A program made the position numbers and the translations under genes. Source: Shigella phage Ag3. From it: a DNA stretch of 64,000 nucleotides. This document shows positions 26,192 to 35,382 of this stretch, piece by piece (the first letter of the stretch is position 1; every line of letters starts with the position of its first letter). The notes under the pieces were generated by a model, which did not search any database, was not told the DNA's origin, and saw only the letters and a program-made list of their open reading frames with translations. The stretch lies in the sequence record FJ373894. One strand, given 5' to 3'.

Positions 26192-27061
26192 TTAATCGAT
26201 ACGGGTCAGCTGGGTTATAGATGGTTGCACTGGGCTGGCCACATAGATACGGACGTTGGCTTTCCATTCACCCCAGATCAACGGCAGAGTTGGGAAGTTG
26301 TCTTCATTGAAAACAAACACGGGAATATAACTCTCGACTGTTTCACCAGAGAACGCCTGGAAGCCCATCTTGGCGTACCCCATAATCTCGTCAACAAAGT
26401 CGAACGGAGCGAAGGCAACACCAGCGTGTTCGTTGCATCCGAGTTGACCTGGGGTAGCCGTGCCCGTCAGAATGATTTCGGTGATCTGGCGCTTAGGCTC
26501 GGTGGTCAACATATCAGAGAAGTCCGGCTCTTTGAATGCTGCCATGTTCTTCAGGAACTTGCCAGCCGGGTACTCTTTGCCGTCGACGGTGATGGTGTCT
26601 ACCACTTTGATGCACGCCTGAGGGAATTCCCCTTCGATGCGTAGACTTTCGCGTGGGAAGCCTTTGTTGTAGTAGTAATCCAGTGCAGGCACAACTTCAC
26701 CTTCATTACGGATGAACTTGCTCATGTTGGAAGCATAAACGCGCTGTAGGCACTCATCGCCGTCGAAACCAGCAATGTGAGCCACGCCGTCATTGACGGT
26801 GGTGATATCACCCTGAGCGTCCATGATGTCCTTCAGGATTTCCTGAATGGTTCTGGTCTGGTAAGGTTCTTGTTTAGGTGTGAGCACCAGATCCAGTTTC
26901 ACATCGCAATCGTAGTACGCCGCCTCTAACAGTTCGCGGGTCTCTTCCAGCACCAGTTTCGCCTGATTGCGGATCTTACCAAAGTCGGGCGATGTGACGT
27001 CGCCCTTTGCATTACCGAAAGCCAGATTCAGATTCACGTTCTTAGAAAATGTAGTTGTCAT
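26192..27061 (-). CDS. hypothetical protein (289 aa)
   Basis: Long ORF with GGAG RBS, immediately downstream of regA. Confidence 0.55.
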   Translation of the reverse strand: MTTTFSKNVNLNLAFGNAKGDVTSPDFGKIRNQAKLVLEETRELLEAAYYDCDVKLDLVLTPKQEPYQTRTIQEILKDIMDAQGDITTVNDGVAHIAGFDGDECLQRVYASNMSKFIRNEGEVVPALDYYYNKGFPRESLRIEGEFPQACIKVVDTITVDGKEYPAGKFLKNMAAFKEPDFSDMLTTEPKRQITEIILTGTATPGQLGCNEHAGVAFAPFDFVDEIMGYAKMGFQAFSGETVESYIPVFVFNEDNFPTLPLIWGEWKANVRIYVASPVQPSITQLTRID

Positions 27062-27077
27062 GATTTAGCGACTCCAG

Positions 27078-27473
27078 TTATTCGCTTTTGGCCTTTGTAG
27101 GCCGGATAATGTATTTTGGGACCAGCTTCCATTCAGGAACCTGATCGTGTTTAACCACTTTAATGCGTGACATATCGGCGGCTTCGGTGACCTGCTCGGG
27201 ATGAATGACCTTCACCATGTTCCACTGCTCAAGCAGCTTGATGATGCGGTTCATCCTCAGGACATCTTCGCGGTTAAACCCGTTGTAATGTCCGTCCAGC
27301 ATAAACAGATGCTTGAAGTGGACGATATAATACTTGCCATACTTATGAAGAATATGACAAGTCTGATACAGAGTATTCGGCTCTTGGCGCGTGTTTACCC
27401 CAATTCGGCTCAGTGTTTCCTTGATCCCCAGGAATATTCCTGGCCGATCTTGGTTCAATTGAACTTCAACCAT
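27078..27473 (-). CDS. regA: translational repressor RegA
   Basis: ETLSRIG, LYQTCHILHKYGKYYIVHFKHLFMLDG, EWKLVPKYIIRP match T4 RegA; start moved to 27473. Confidence 0.85.
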   Translation of the reverse strand: MVEVQLNQDRPGIFLGIKETLSRIGVNTRQEPNTLYQTCHILHKYGKYYIVHFKHLFMLDGHYNGFNREDVLRMNRIIKLLEQWNMVKVIHPEQVTEAADMSRIKVVKHDQVPEWKLVPKYIIRPTKAKSE

Positions 27474-27571
27474 ACAATCAACGATGCTGGCCTCATCGTT
27501 GACGGCTGAAATGTTCAATATGTCTAGCGTATTGCGCGCCATGACTCATTCCCCTTTTACAATAGTTTGAA

Positions 27572-27994
27572 CTACTTAGCCTTGCGCGGTTTCGCTTTGG
27601 CGTTCAGCTCAGTACGTCCCATCTTCTCGCGTATCTCGGCCAGGACTTCCTTCGGCAAGAAACGGACGTACTCGGATGCCTTCTCCATGCTGATGTAGAA
27701 GTACTCGGAGAGTAACTTCACGTCAGGATCAATCGGACCTTTCTTAGACCATTTGTCGTAGCGTTTCCGCGCCGGAATGGTGTGAAAGGCATATGACCAT
27801 TGCATCCATGGAGTAACGGCATGCAGCTTGTTCATCTGCTGTGCAGTCACCAGAGTGTCTTTGCTCTGAGCTAAACCACGCCGCGTCATAAACGGGTCGA
27901 ATCCTTTCAACACTTCTGGGTCATCGGACTGCAGAAGGTTTTCTTTGCTGCTGTTCAGAGCAGCCAGGTAATCGAACAATCCAGGGGCGGCCAT
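27572..27994 (-). CDS. 62: clamp-loader small subunit gp62
   Basis: PARKRYDKWSK aligns to T4 gp62 PRGKRYGKWAK; position between gp44 and regA. Confidence 0.75.
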   Translation of the reverse strand: MAAPGLFDYLAALNSSKENLLQSDDPEVLKGFDPFMTRRGLAQSKDTLVTAQQMNKLHAVTPWMQWSYAFHTIPARKRYDKWSKKGPIDPDVKLLSEYFYISMEKASEYVRFLPKEVLAEIREKMGRTELNAKAKPRKAK

Positions 27995-27998
27995 AGTA

Positions 27999-28988
27999 TC
28001 ACTTCCACTTGATGTTGAGCATGACGTTGGTCAGGAAAAACACAGCATGCAGCCAGACATCGCCGACCTGACGGTGTTCAATCTGAGACTGACCACATAC
28101 GCATACCAGATCAGGGATAGACTCATTCTGAACCAGCATCGGCTTCTCTTTATCCTGTGGTACACAGAACTGGAAGAAGCGGGAATAGAAGTCTTCGGTG
28201 ATGTAGTTCTGGTTGTCAGTCACCCACTGCTTCATGCCAGCCCAGTCATTGCCTTTCAGCATATCAACCAACACACCCATGTCGGCAGATTTCAATACGG
28301 CGAGGGCGCGTTCATCGATCTTGCCGTAGGTGGTGACGTTATCCTGTAGGGCACCCATGATGCGGCGGTTATCGGGGAAATGACGTTTGACAATAGCAGC
28401 CAACACAGGAGGGTCATACTCAACACCTTCGCTGCGAAGGATTTCAGCACAGCGGCGCATGAACTGAAGTTTTACCTCATCAGCCTCGGTCTCATTCCAG
28501 ATAAAGTCGATTTCACGGCAACGAGAGCGCAGAGGTTCGTTCACACGCTGCTTGGCGTTGGTGGTCAGGATGAATGAACAGTTCTTGGAGACCTTCTCCA
28601 CAATACCCTTCAGCGACTCCTGTGCCGCCATAGACAGACGCTCTACTTCGTCGAGGATAACGACTTTGCGGCCACCGAATACACTCACACCAGTAGAGTA
28701 CTGAATCACGCGGTCACGGATAACGTCGATGCTGTTGTCCAGGGATGCGTTGATCATCAGTGGTTGCTTACAGCCGATTTCATTACACACGGCCAGGGCA
28801 GAGGTAGTCTTGCCAGTACCAGGCTGAGGGGAGTAGAACAGCATAGACGGGATGTTGCCGTTGCCACTGGTAATGTAGCCATGGATTTTAGCGCGGACGT
28901 CTTGAGGGATGATGATCTCGTCCAGGTTGTCAGGGCGGTACTTGTTTTCCCATGCGTACTGGTCGGAAACGATAGTGATATTAGACAT
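27999..28988 (-). CDS. 44: clamp-loader large subunit gp44 (AAA+)
   Basis: ENKYRP, Walker A PGTGKTT, DEVER box, SRC motif; start moved to 28988. Confidence 0.9.
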   Translation of the reverse strand: MSNITIVSDQYAWENKYRPDNLDEIIIPQDVRAKIHGYITSGNGNIPSMLFYSPQPGTGKTTSALAVCNEIGCKQPLMINASLDNSIDVIRDRVIQYSTGVSVFGGRKVVILDEVERLSMAAQESLKGIVEKVSKNCSFILTTNAKQRVNEPLRSRCREIDFIWNETEADEVKLQFMRRCAEILRSEGVEYDPPVLAAIVKRHFPDNRRIMGALQDNVTTYGKIDERALAVLKSADMGVLVDMLKGNDWAGMKQWVTDNQNYITEDFYSRFFQFCVPQDKEKPMLVQNESIPDLVCVCGQSQIEHRQVGDVWLHAVFFLTNVMLNIKWK

Positions 28989-29069
28989 TTCAGCCTCGTG
29001 TAGAAGAATCATTTCAAATAGGCGGGGAACGCCCCCGCCCACACATTATAGCATCAGGCTGGAGATTGA

Positions 29070-29738
29070 TTACTCAATCTGTGCGCCGACGAAGTAATTG
29101 ATCGTCGCGTCGGATGATTGGAAGTTCACCATCTGCAGCTCAGCGCAGGCACGCAGAGTGTAGTTACCTTCGATCATCTTCAGGTTAGCAACGTCCAGTG
29201 GCATGACGAAGTCCGGCAGCGCAGTTTCACCCAGCTCAACGGTGTAGTTGTTGGAGTTGTCCAGGGTAGTGGTGGTTGCAACCAGGCGAGTTTTGCCACC
29301 CTGAGCAACCAGGCGCACAGTCTTGTGACCGAGGGTAGAACAGGCGCGGGTCAGTTCTTTCATCTTCTCTGGAGTGATGATCGCTTCAAAGTCGACAGAC
29401 GGCAGTTCAATGGTGTCAGCCGGAACAACAGTGAGTTCTTTAGCAGAACGCCAGAATTGCAGCTGAGAGCTTTCGCCTTTCAACAGGATGTAGTCCTGAT
29501 GGAATTCGGCTTTACCGCCTTTGAAGGAAGGCAGGCGCTGGATGGCCAGAAGTTTGGTCAGGTCCAGGATAGGGAACTCAAACGGGAAGTCTTCTTCGAT
29601 CTGTGCCACGGCGATAACAGTAGACGAATCGTTAATGCTGCGCAGCATCTTACCCGGTGTCAGAACGATAGATGGGTTGATGGTCTCAAAGTTGGCCAGC
29701 AACTGGAGTGTACGTTCGGAGAGAGTGATCTCTTGCAT
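29070..29738 (-). CDS. 45: sliding clamp gp45
   Basis: Length and N-terminal LLANFETINPSIVL alignable to T4 gp45 LLKNFATINSGIML; operon position. Confidence 0.85.
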   Translation of the reverse strand: MQEITLSERTLQLLANFETINPSIVLTPGKMLRSINDSSTVIAVAQIEEDFPFEFPILDLTKLLAIQRLPSFKGGKAEFHQDYILLKGESSQLQFWRSAKELTVVPADTIELPSVDFEAIITPEKMKELTRACSTLGHKTVRLVAQGGKTRLVATTTTLDNSNNYTVELGETALPDFVMPLDVANLKMIEGNYTLRACAELQMVNFQSSDATINYFVGAQIE

Positions 29739-30078
29739 TTATGTATCCTCAAAATATAGTGGGGTTCAAGTCATGTTTGACGCAATCTAGTATCGCTGTG
29801 TTGTGCTTATAGAACAAGTGGCAAATTGCGCTACGCGTTATTAATAAATGCCTTCGGCATTTATGGACTTTATTAAAGATAATAACCTTTATTAATCCTA
29901 TTCGCTTCGCTCATAAAACAAATACTCGTTGTTCGTTAACACTCACAACTCGTATAATACCACGCCATTTGTTCAACAGGAAAGCAATTTTTATTCAACA
30001 GCAAAATTAATTTATTTGGTCTAAACATGCACGCGAAATAATATGTATGTCATGTTAACCAACACACGAGAGTAATAT
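29739..30078. promoter_or_regulatory. 340-bp AT-rich intergenic regulatory hub upstream of gp45
   Basis: Longest non-coding stretch in window; contains TTGTTC-N18-TATAAT (plus), TGCTTA box, hairpin AAATGCC-TTCG-GGCATTT; divergent to plus-strand ORF 30079. Confidence 0.5.
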
Positions 30079-30456
30079 ATGAAACAGTTCGTAGGATTAT
30101 ATGCGGTCGGATGCAGTAAGCCAGACGCCATCCTCACCGCAGGGCAATTTGTCACAGGCACCCCAGTTTGTCTGACGCAGCTGGCGTCAGACAAGAACTT
30201 ACCATCGGAGCCGCGATTTGTCCCTCTGGGTTTGATGACAGGCCTGAAAGTTGGTCTGTATGTCGGTGTGGTGACGTTTGAAAACGGCGTCGAAGCGAAG
30301 GTTCTGCCATTCAAATTGGGCAGCGAACAAATGCTGAAGGACACTATCAGTGAACACCTGAACGCACAATGTCTGGTTTCTCTGGACAAATTGTTCGGCG
30401 CAGTATCTGATGAAGGCGAGGCCACCCCCGCCTATGTGAATCAAGATCAGTCGTGA
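30079..30456 (+). CDS. hypothetical protein (plus strand)
   Basis: 125-codon ORF after the AT-rich hub with weak GAGAG RBS; 3' end overlaps uvsW 3' end. Confidence 0.35.
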   Translation: MKQFVGLYAVGCSKPDAILTAGQFVTGTPVCLTQLASDKNLPSEPRFVPLGLMTGLKVGLYVGVVTFENGVEAKVLPFKLGSEQMLKDTISEHLNAQCLVSLDKLFGAVSDEGEATPAYVNQDQS

Positions 30457-31955
30457 TTACCCAGCGCCACCTTCATGAACTCCACAGGGTGGCGCTCTGT
30501 CAGGTAGAACTTGTATCGCTCATGAGAGTGCCTGATAGCGTGGTTCGTGCTGGCGTTGTACGACACATCATCCACTAAGTCCCATATCCACGCGACGTCC
30601 TTGGAGGAGTGCTGACGCATCAGACGACCCAATGTCTGTATGACGCGGATATATGACTTGCTCGGGTGCGCCAGTACAAGGTGGTGTAGCTTCTTGATTG
30701 ACACACCCTGTTGCATTGTCCCGTATGAAGCCAACAACGTGATATCCTCTCCATCCTCCATCGCTTTCTGTATGCGGCGGCGGTCTTCGATCTTCACTTC
30801 CCCGTTGATGACAAACACGTTGGGCTTGACTGCGCTCAGCATATCGTACACAACCATCATGTGGGCGTCAATACGCTCGAACATGATGGCCACGTTCCCT
30901 TTCAGATTCAGTGCCATCTTGGCGATCAGTTCGTTGCGGGACTGGTGTGTAATAAGGTATTCTATTTCCTTGGTATAATCCCCGTCCAGACCAACAGCAT
31001 CCGCCGGAGTGTGCTTTAGCTGAATCATCTTCACTTTGATGTCAGTGGCGTACCCGAGATTGATAAGGTCGCGAGCCGTGATGATCTTATGGTACGCCCC
31101 GAAGTGAGCCACCACCTGAAGCCCGGCAACTTTGGTGTTCGACAGCGTACCTGTAACCCCCAGGCGCTGGTCGGCGTAGATGCAGTTGTTGAGGATATAG
31201 GACAGTTTCTCAGACTTGGAGGTATGCACTTCATCCACCACGATGTCACCGAACTGGTGGAACCATTCCTTCGGCTGGTCTTGAATGCCCTGCCATGTAC
31301 TGATGACGATTGGTTTGCTGATTTCCTTTGTCGCGCCCTCAAAGATCAACTGAGTGTTGGCAACGGGCTTCCAATCGCTGCCGTGTGCGTACTCTTCAAA
31401 GTTGTCGTACAGCTGAGTGACCAGGTGAATCGACGGCACCACGATAAGCGTCTTCAGAGGACTTTCGAGAGCTTCTCTGCGCTGCCTGTAGTACCGCGCC
31501 ATGACATACAGAATAAAGGACTTACCAGCACTCGTAGCCAGTTCACAGACGCATCTGGTTTGACGCATAGCCTTGGCGATGGTGTCGTACTGATAGTCGC
31601 GGGTCTCAGCATCGATGTATTCGTGATTTTCGGTGCGGATCTTTGGATGGAGACTGTCGATGAAGTCATGGATTTCTTGATCTGGGATGTCCTGAATGTA
31701 CTTCAGAGCCGGATCCAGTTCAATGGTGTATTTGTTGTTCTTGCAGAACTTGAACACCTCAAACAGTAGGCCGATATCAATCAGACCGGATGACTTGGTG
31801 AACAAGCGAACAACCCCGTCCCATTTAGAGAAGGGGTTGGGAACGAAGTTCGGGTCTTCGAATTTGAAGTAGTCATTCAGCTCTTCCCTGATAGAAAGAT
31901 CTGCGATGCAACGCATGCGGACTTCGTTAACCTTAACAATCTGAATGTCTGCCAT
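30447..31955 (-). CDS. uvsW: UvsW helicase (SF2, DEVH box)
   Basis: Walker A TSAGKS, DEVH, TWQG...PKEWF, LHHLVLAH, QTLGRLMR align to T4 UvsW; 503 aa after start moved to 31955. Confidence 0.9.
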   Translation of the reverse strand: MADIQIVKVNEVRMRCIADLSIREELNDYFKFEDPNFVPNPFSKWDGVVRLFTKSSGLIDIGLLFEVFKFCKNNKYTIELDPALKYIQDIPDQEIHDFIDSLHPKIRTENHEYIDAETRDYQYDTIAKAMRQTRCVCELATSAGKSFILYVMARYYRQRREALESPLKTLIVVPSIHLVTQLYDNFEEYAHGSDWKPVANTQLIFEGATKEISKPIVISTWQGIQDQPKEWFHQFGDIVVDEVHTSKSEKLSYILNNCIYADQRLGVTGTLSNTKVAGLQVVAHFGAYHKIITARDLINLGYATDIKVKMIQLKHTPADAVGLDGDYTKEIEYLITHQSRNELIAKMALNLKGNVAIMFERIDAHMMVVYDMLSAVKPNVFVINGEVKIEDRRRIQKAMEDGEDITLLASYGTMQQGVSIKKLHHLVLAHPSKSYIRVIQTLGRLMRQHSSKDVAWIWDLVDDVSYNASTNHAIRHSHERYKFYLTERHPVEFMKVALGNHD

Positions 31956-31976
31956 ACAAAATCTCCCAAGATATAT

Positions 31977-31987
31977 GGGGTATTTAG
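31977..31987 (-). promoter_or_regulatory. late promoter motif CTAAATACCCC (uvsW)
   Basis: Minus-strand CGCTAAATACCCC about 25 nt upstream of uvsW ATG. Confidence 0.55.
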
Positions 31988-32730
31988 CGATCCGGCCAGA
32001 CTCCGTTCTGTTCTTTATCCATGCGATGGTACAGACGAACACGCTCAAACATCTTTGCCAGGATGTCATCGCGGTTGAACTCTATGATGGTTGGCGTCAA
32101 CGATGACTCGTTGGCAATCACATTGATGAGGCGGGTGATCTTGACACCGAACATCTGCTGGAACATAACAGAGTACAAGCACAGTTGGATACTGTAGTCC
32201 TCGATCATTCCCCGCGTCTTCATGGTGTTCGATGTCTTGAAGTCGATGATAGCAGGCTTACCCTCATAAACCCCAATAAGGTCCACTCGACCTGCGAGAC
32301 CAAGCACCTCGCTATATAACGGGATCTCCTGAGCATAGATCTTTGTCATCTTGTTCAGATAGGGGAACAGCTGCTTGAACATGAACATGTATTCGCCAGC
32401 CGCTTCCAACACTTCTTTCATTGGGCGGTTCTTCAAATACAGTTCACATGCAAGGTGCAGCTTCTCCCCTCGGTCAGCGCAACGCATGGTCTCAAGGTCG
32501 GCGGCCTCTGCACCCAGCTTCTCCCTCCAAGCCTCAAGCCATTCATGATCACCAGTACGCCCCAGCATCGTCGTTACAGACGTCAGCTTGACACCAGTTG
32601 GTGACACATAATGACGACCGTTCTCCGTCGTCACACACTCCAGTTCCTTATGAGGAAGTTCGTACTGCTGGAATGTGTAATGACGATTTTCGAAGTCGTT
32701 CAGCTTGCGCAGGGCTTGGAGAGATGCCAT
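31984..32730 (-). CDS. PD-(D/E)xK nuclease (RecB/Cas4-like)
   Basis: GRVDLIGV, IIDFKTS (D-x-K) and QLCLY motifs; start moved to 32730, overlapping uvsY stop. Confidence 0.6.
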   Translation of the reverse strand: MASLQALRKLNDFENRHYTFQQYELPHKELECVTTENGRHYVSPTGVKLTSVTTMLGRTGDHEWLEAWREKLGAEAADLETMRCADRGEKLHLACELYLKNRPMKEVLEAAGEYMFMFKQLFPYLNKMTKIYAQEIPLYSEVLGLAGRVDLIGVYEGKPAIIDFKTSNTMKTRGMIEDYSIQLCLYSVMFQQMFGVKITRLINVIANESSLTPTIIEFNRDDILAKMFERVRLYHRMDKEQNGVWPDR

Positions 32731-33182
32731 CAGGAACCATCCATATATTTTCGCCAATCGATGGCATTCTTCACTTCGTATCCCAGCTTGTTCAGGCGAT
32801 CCAAACAAGTCTCGATGAACTTGACTTTTGCTTTTTGTTCTTGTAACAGAACAGACAGTTCTACATAGTCATCGTCGGCTTTGACCCATGTGTCCAGGTC
32901 AGACTTCAGGGGGCGAACCTTCAGGGGGCGCTCTGCGTAGATGTTCGGGGGTAACTCCCCTGCGTAGTAGCGGCGCAGATAGAGATCGATCTGGCGGAAG
33001 CGCCCGTTGAGGAATTCAAGATAACGCCCCTCACGCAGATAATGCCGTTGTACGGCCATCCAAGAGCGCCCGATTTTCAGTGAGATCTGGTCAAGGTTCA
33101 TGTCTTCTGGGTCCACTGTAATCAGCGGCTCCAGTTCGTTCATGATGTCCTCGGTTGCCATTGTCTGTAGTTGTTCTTTCAT
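32730..33182 (-). CDS. uvsY: recombination mediator UvsY-like
   Basis: Size, position next to uvsW, and C-terminal pattern alignable to T4 UvsY. Confidence 0.6.
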   Translation of the reverse strand: MKEQLQTMATEDIMNELEPLITVDPEDMNLDQISLKIGRSWMAVQRHYLREGRYLEFLNGRFRQIDLYLRRYYAGELPPNIYAERPLKVRPLKSDLDTWVKADDDYVELSVLLQEQKAKVKFIETCLDRLNKLGYEVKNAIDWRKYMDGS

Positions 33183-33224
33183 AAAATATCCCAGCTTGTC
33201 AATGTCATAGAATTATACCGTATT

Positions 33225-33725
33225 TCATGGATTAGAATCAATCACCTTCCCACCAGATAGTGGGACCAGCTGCTGGAACTTGAACGTCACTGTCGTCACC
33301 AGCTGAGGTACAGCCGCATCCACGTCCACCAGTACGTTGTCCAGAGCAGTCGGACGGGCTTCCTCCAGCACGAGAGTGAGGCCAATCGGTCGGTTGAGGT
33401 TATCCAGTAATTCAATGGTAATGTCCTTGGAGACAGCCAAATCCTTGCCGACGTTGCTGGTGATCCATTGGTGGATCTGTAACCATGATTTCCAGTCCTC
33501 GTCTATAACGAAAGTAAATACGACGGGATCATAGGTTAAACGTTCTGAAGGGATAGAAACCAGTACGTCGCCAGGAGACGGACCATCGATGCCTTCAGAG
33601 TATACTCCTGGTATACTGAAGTCGTGGATGTTACGGGTTAGGAGTACAAGGTCTCCGATAGTCAGACGCCACTTATCGGACGCCGCGAAATTAGGGTTTT
33701 CGTTCTTGAATTGTACGTCGGACAT
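33225..33725 (-). CDS. tail-tube-family protein (gp19/gp48/gp54-like paralogue)
   Basis: IPSERLTYDPVVFTFVIDEDWKSWLQIHQW follows the gp19-type motif also present in this window's gp19. Confidence 0.45.
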   Translation of the reverse strand: MSDVQFKNENPNFAASDKWRLTIGDLVLLTRNIHDFSIPGVYSEGIDGPSPGDVLVSIPSERLTYDPVVFTFVIDEDWKSWLQIHQWITSNVGKDLAVSKDITIELLDNLNRPIGLTLVLEEARPTALDNVLVDVDAAVPQLVTTVTFKFQQLVPLSGGKVIDSNP

Positions 33726-33754
33726 AATAGCACCTTTTGCTGTGGAGATATTTT

Positions 33755-34405
33755 GTGACCCTGATGCGCGGGATCAGTAGATTGTTGTTGGCATGCGCGA
33801 TGCTCTTGCTTACGAGCTGTCGCATCTTTGTCACGCCAATAATTTCTGTTTCCGAACTCTGGAACCCAGAAGTACGCACCGTACCCGTGACGTTGTCGGC
33901 CAGTGTTCCTACTTGTAACAAGGGTATGCTGGACATCATCGTGCAAGAGTTCCAGACCTTTCAGAAGCTCGTGCCTTTGGGTTGCTTCGAGGAGAACACG
34001 AGCACCCTCAAGCCATACTGGAAGACCACGATTCCCCTCCTGCGTCGTGGCGATGAAGGGAAGATTCCATACCTATCAGCAAGTATTTATTACTCTCAGA
34101 ACAACAGCATCATCATCACTTTTAATCCATCATTCTACGCCAAGCTGAAGCAACACATGGTTGGGCGACTGAGTGAAACGTCGGATATAATCGTGACGTT
34201 CAAGATCATGAATGACTCAGACAAGCCAGTACGAATCGCAACTCAGGGTGTGTTTGTCAACAACGATGCTGTTGGGAATGAGATGAACATCTTCGAAGTT
34301 AACCCAGGGGGGACGATCTGGATTAGACTGAGTAATGTGGGTGTGAACTCCCTACTGTTGGATGGCATCGAACCAGTGGGAGTTCTTCCGGCGCGGGAGC
34401 GCTGA
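33755..34405 (+). CDS. putative lipoprotein (plus strand)
   Basis: GTG 33755 or ATG 33764 with GGAG RBS; MRGISRLLLACAMLLLTSC signal with lipobox. Confidence 0.5.
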   Translation: MTLMRGISRLLLACAMLLLTSCRIFVTPIISVSELWNPEVRTVPVTLSASVPTCNKGMLDIIVQEFQTFQKLVPLGCFEENTSTLKPYWKTTIPLLRRGDEGKIPYLSASIYYSQNNSIIITFNPSFYAKLKQHMVGRLSETSDIIVTFKIMNDSDKPVRIATQGVFVNNDAVGNEMNIFEVNPGGTIWIRLSNVGVNSLLLDGIEPVGVLPARER

Positions 34406-34406
34406 A

Positions 34407-35135
34407 TTACTTCAGCGCGCTCTTCAGATTATCAGAACCGATGTTGTTGATAACGCCACCAGCACACAGGTCTTTAGCCCACTCAGACAGTACATTGGCG
34501 AACGAGAAGTTCAGACACTTGCTGACCATGTCTTGGATGTGGGCTAACTCTGAGGCAATACCATTGGCGATATCCTGACCGATTTGCGCCACCTGAGCAA
34601 TAGCATCGTTGATGTATCCGGTAACTTCGGCGGCCAGCGCCTGGATCTTTGCCAGGCCAGCGCTCACACCCTGCGCAACTAACTCAGCCAGTTCGGCCAT
34701 CTTGGCAGTAACAGTGCTGAGAGCGCCCTCCATAGCCCCGATCCACTGGCGCCCAAGAGTCTGTATGACGCCGAAGGCATTGTTGATCAGATCACAGTTG
34801 GTCGGCTCGCGCTCGATTGACTTCAGGCCAGATTTGTACGACACGGAAGTCCCGATGCGGGAATACGCTTCGTTCACAGTCTGATCACCATAGTTGTTCA
34901 GTGTGGTGAGGCTGGTGTCGGCAGAGGTGAACATCGTGTTCGTTTCATTGAGTTTGGCTGTGGTTAGACCACCTGCCGTCAGAGCGCCCTGGATTTGCGT
35001 ATTTCCGGTGTTTGCCAGTGCAGCTGTAGTCGCCTTGCCGCTGGTGATTAAACCCTGAGACGTGCTGCTGAGGGACGGGAGAGGATTGTTAAATGCGTTA
35101 CCCTGCTCAAGGGCGTCATAGATCTGTGCGTTCAT
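34407..35135 (-). CDS. late protein, probable virion/structural (Ala/Thr/Gln-rich)
   Basis: Start at 35135 (MNAQIYD...); CTAAATACCCCC late motif about 25 nt upstream. Confidence 0.5.
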   Translation of the reverse strand: MNAQIYDALEQGNAFNNPLPSLSSTSQGLITSGKATTAALANTGNTQIQGALTAGGLTTAKLNETNTMFTSADTSLTTLNNYGDQTVNEAYSRIGTSVSYKSGLKSIEREPTNCDLINNAFGVIQTLGRQWIGAMEGALSTVTAKMAELAELVAQGVSAGLAKIQALAAEVTGYINDAIAQVAQIGQDIANGIASELAHIQDMVSKCLNFSFANVLSEWAKDLCAGGVINNIGSDNLKSALK

Positions 35136-35156
35136 AGAAAATACCCCCATGGATGA

Positions 35157-35169
35157 TGGGGGTATTTAG
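35157..35169 (-). promoter_or_regulatory. late promoter motif CTAAATACCCCC inside a hairpin
   Basis: Upstream of late protein starting 35135; motif is one arm of palindrome AAATACCCCCAT-GGATG-ATGGGGGTATTT. Confidence 0.5.
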
Positions 35170-35382
35170 GTGATCATGGCAGTTTGTAAACGAAGTTGGA
35201 CCAGAACTTCCGAGCGAACTTCTTGGCATAGACCTTCCAGTCGGCGTATTCGCCCTCCTTCAGGTCGTTGTAGGTCTCGAACCCTACTGCTCCCAGGAAG
35301 TACGCCGTGAAGATATAGCAGAACAGATTGACGACAAACATGATGTATCTCCGCTGTGTGAACTCAAATTATTTATGGTATG

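Noticed and set aside
29755-29775. Possible tRNA T-arm (GGTTCAAGTC) in the AT-rich hub
   Set aside because: No complementary stem, acceptor stem or anticodon arm nearby
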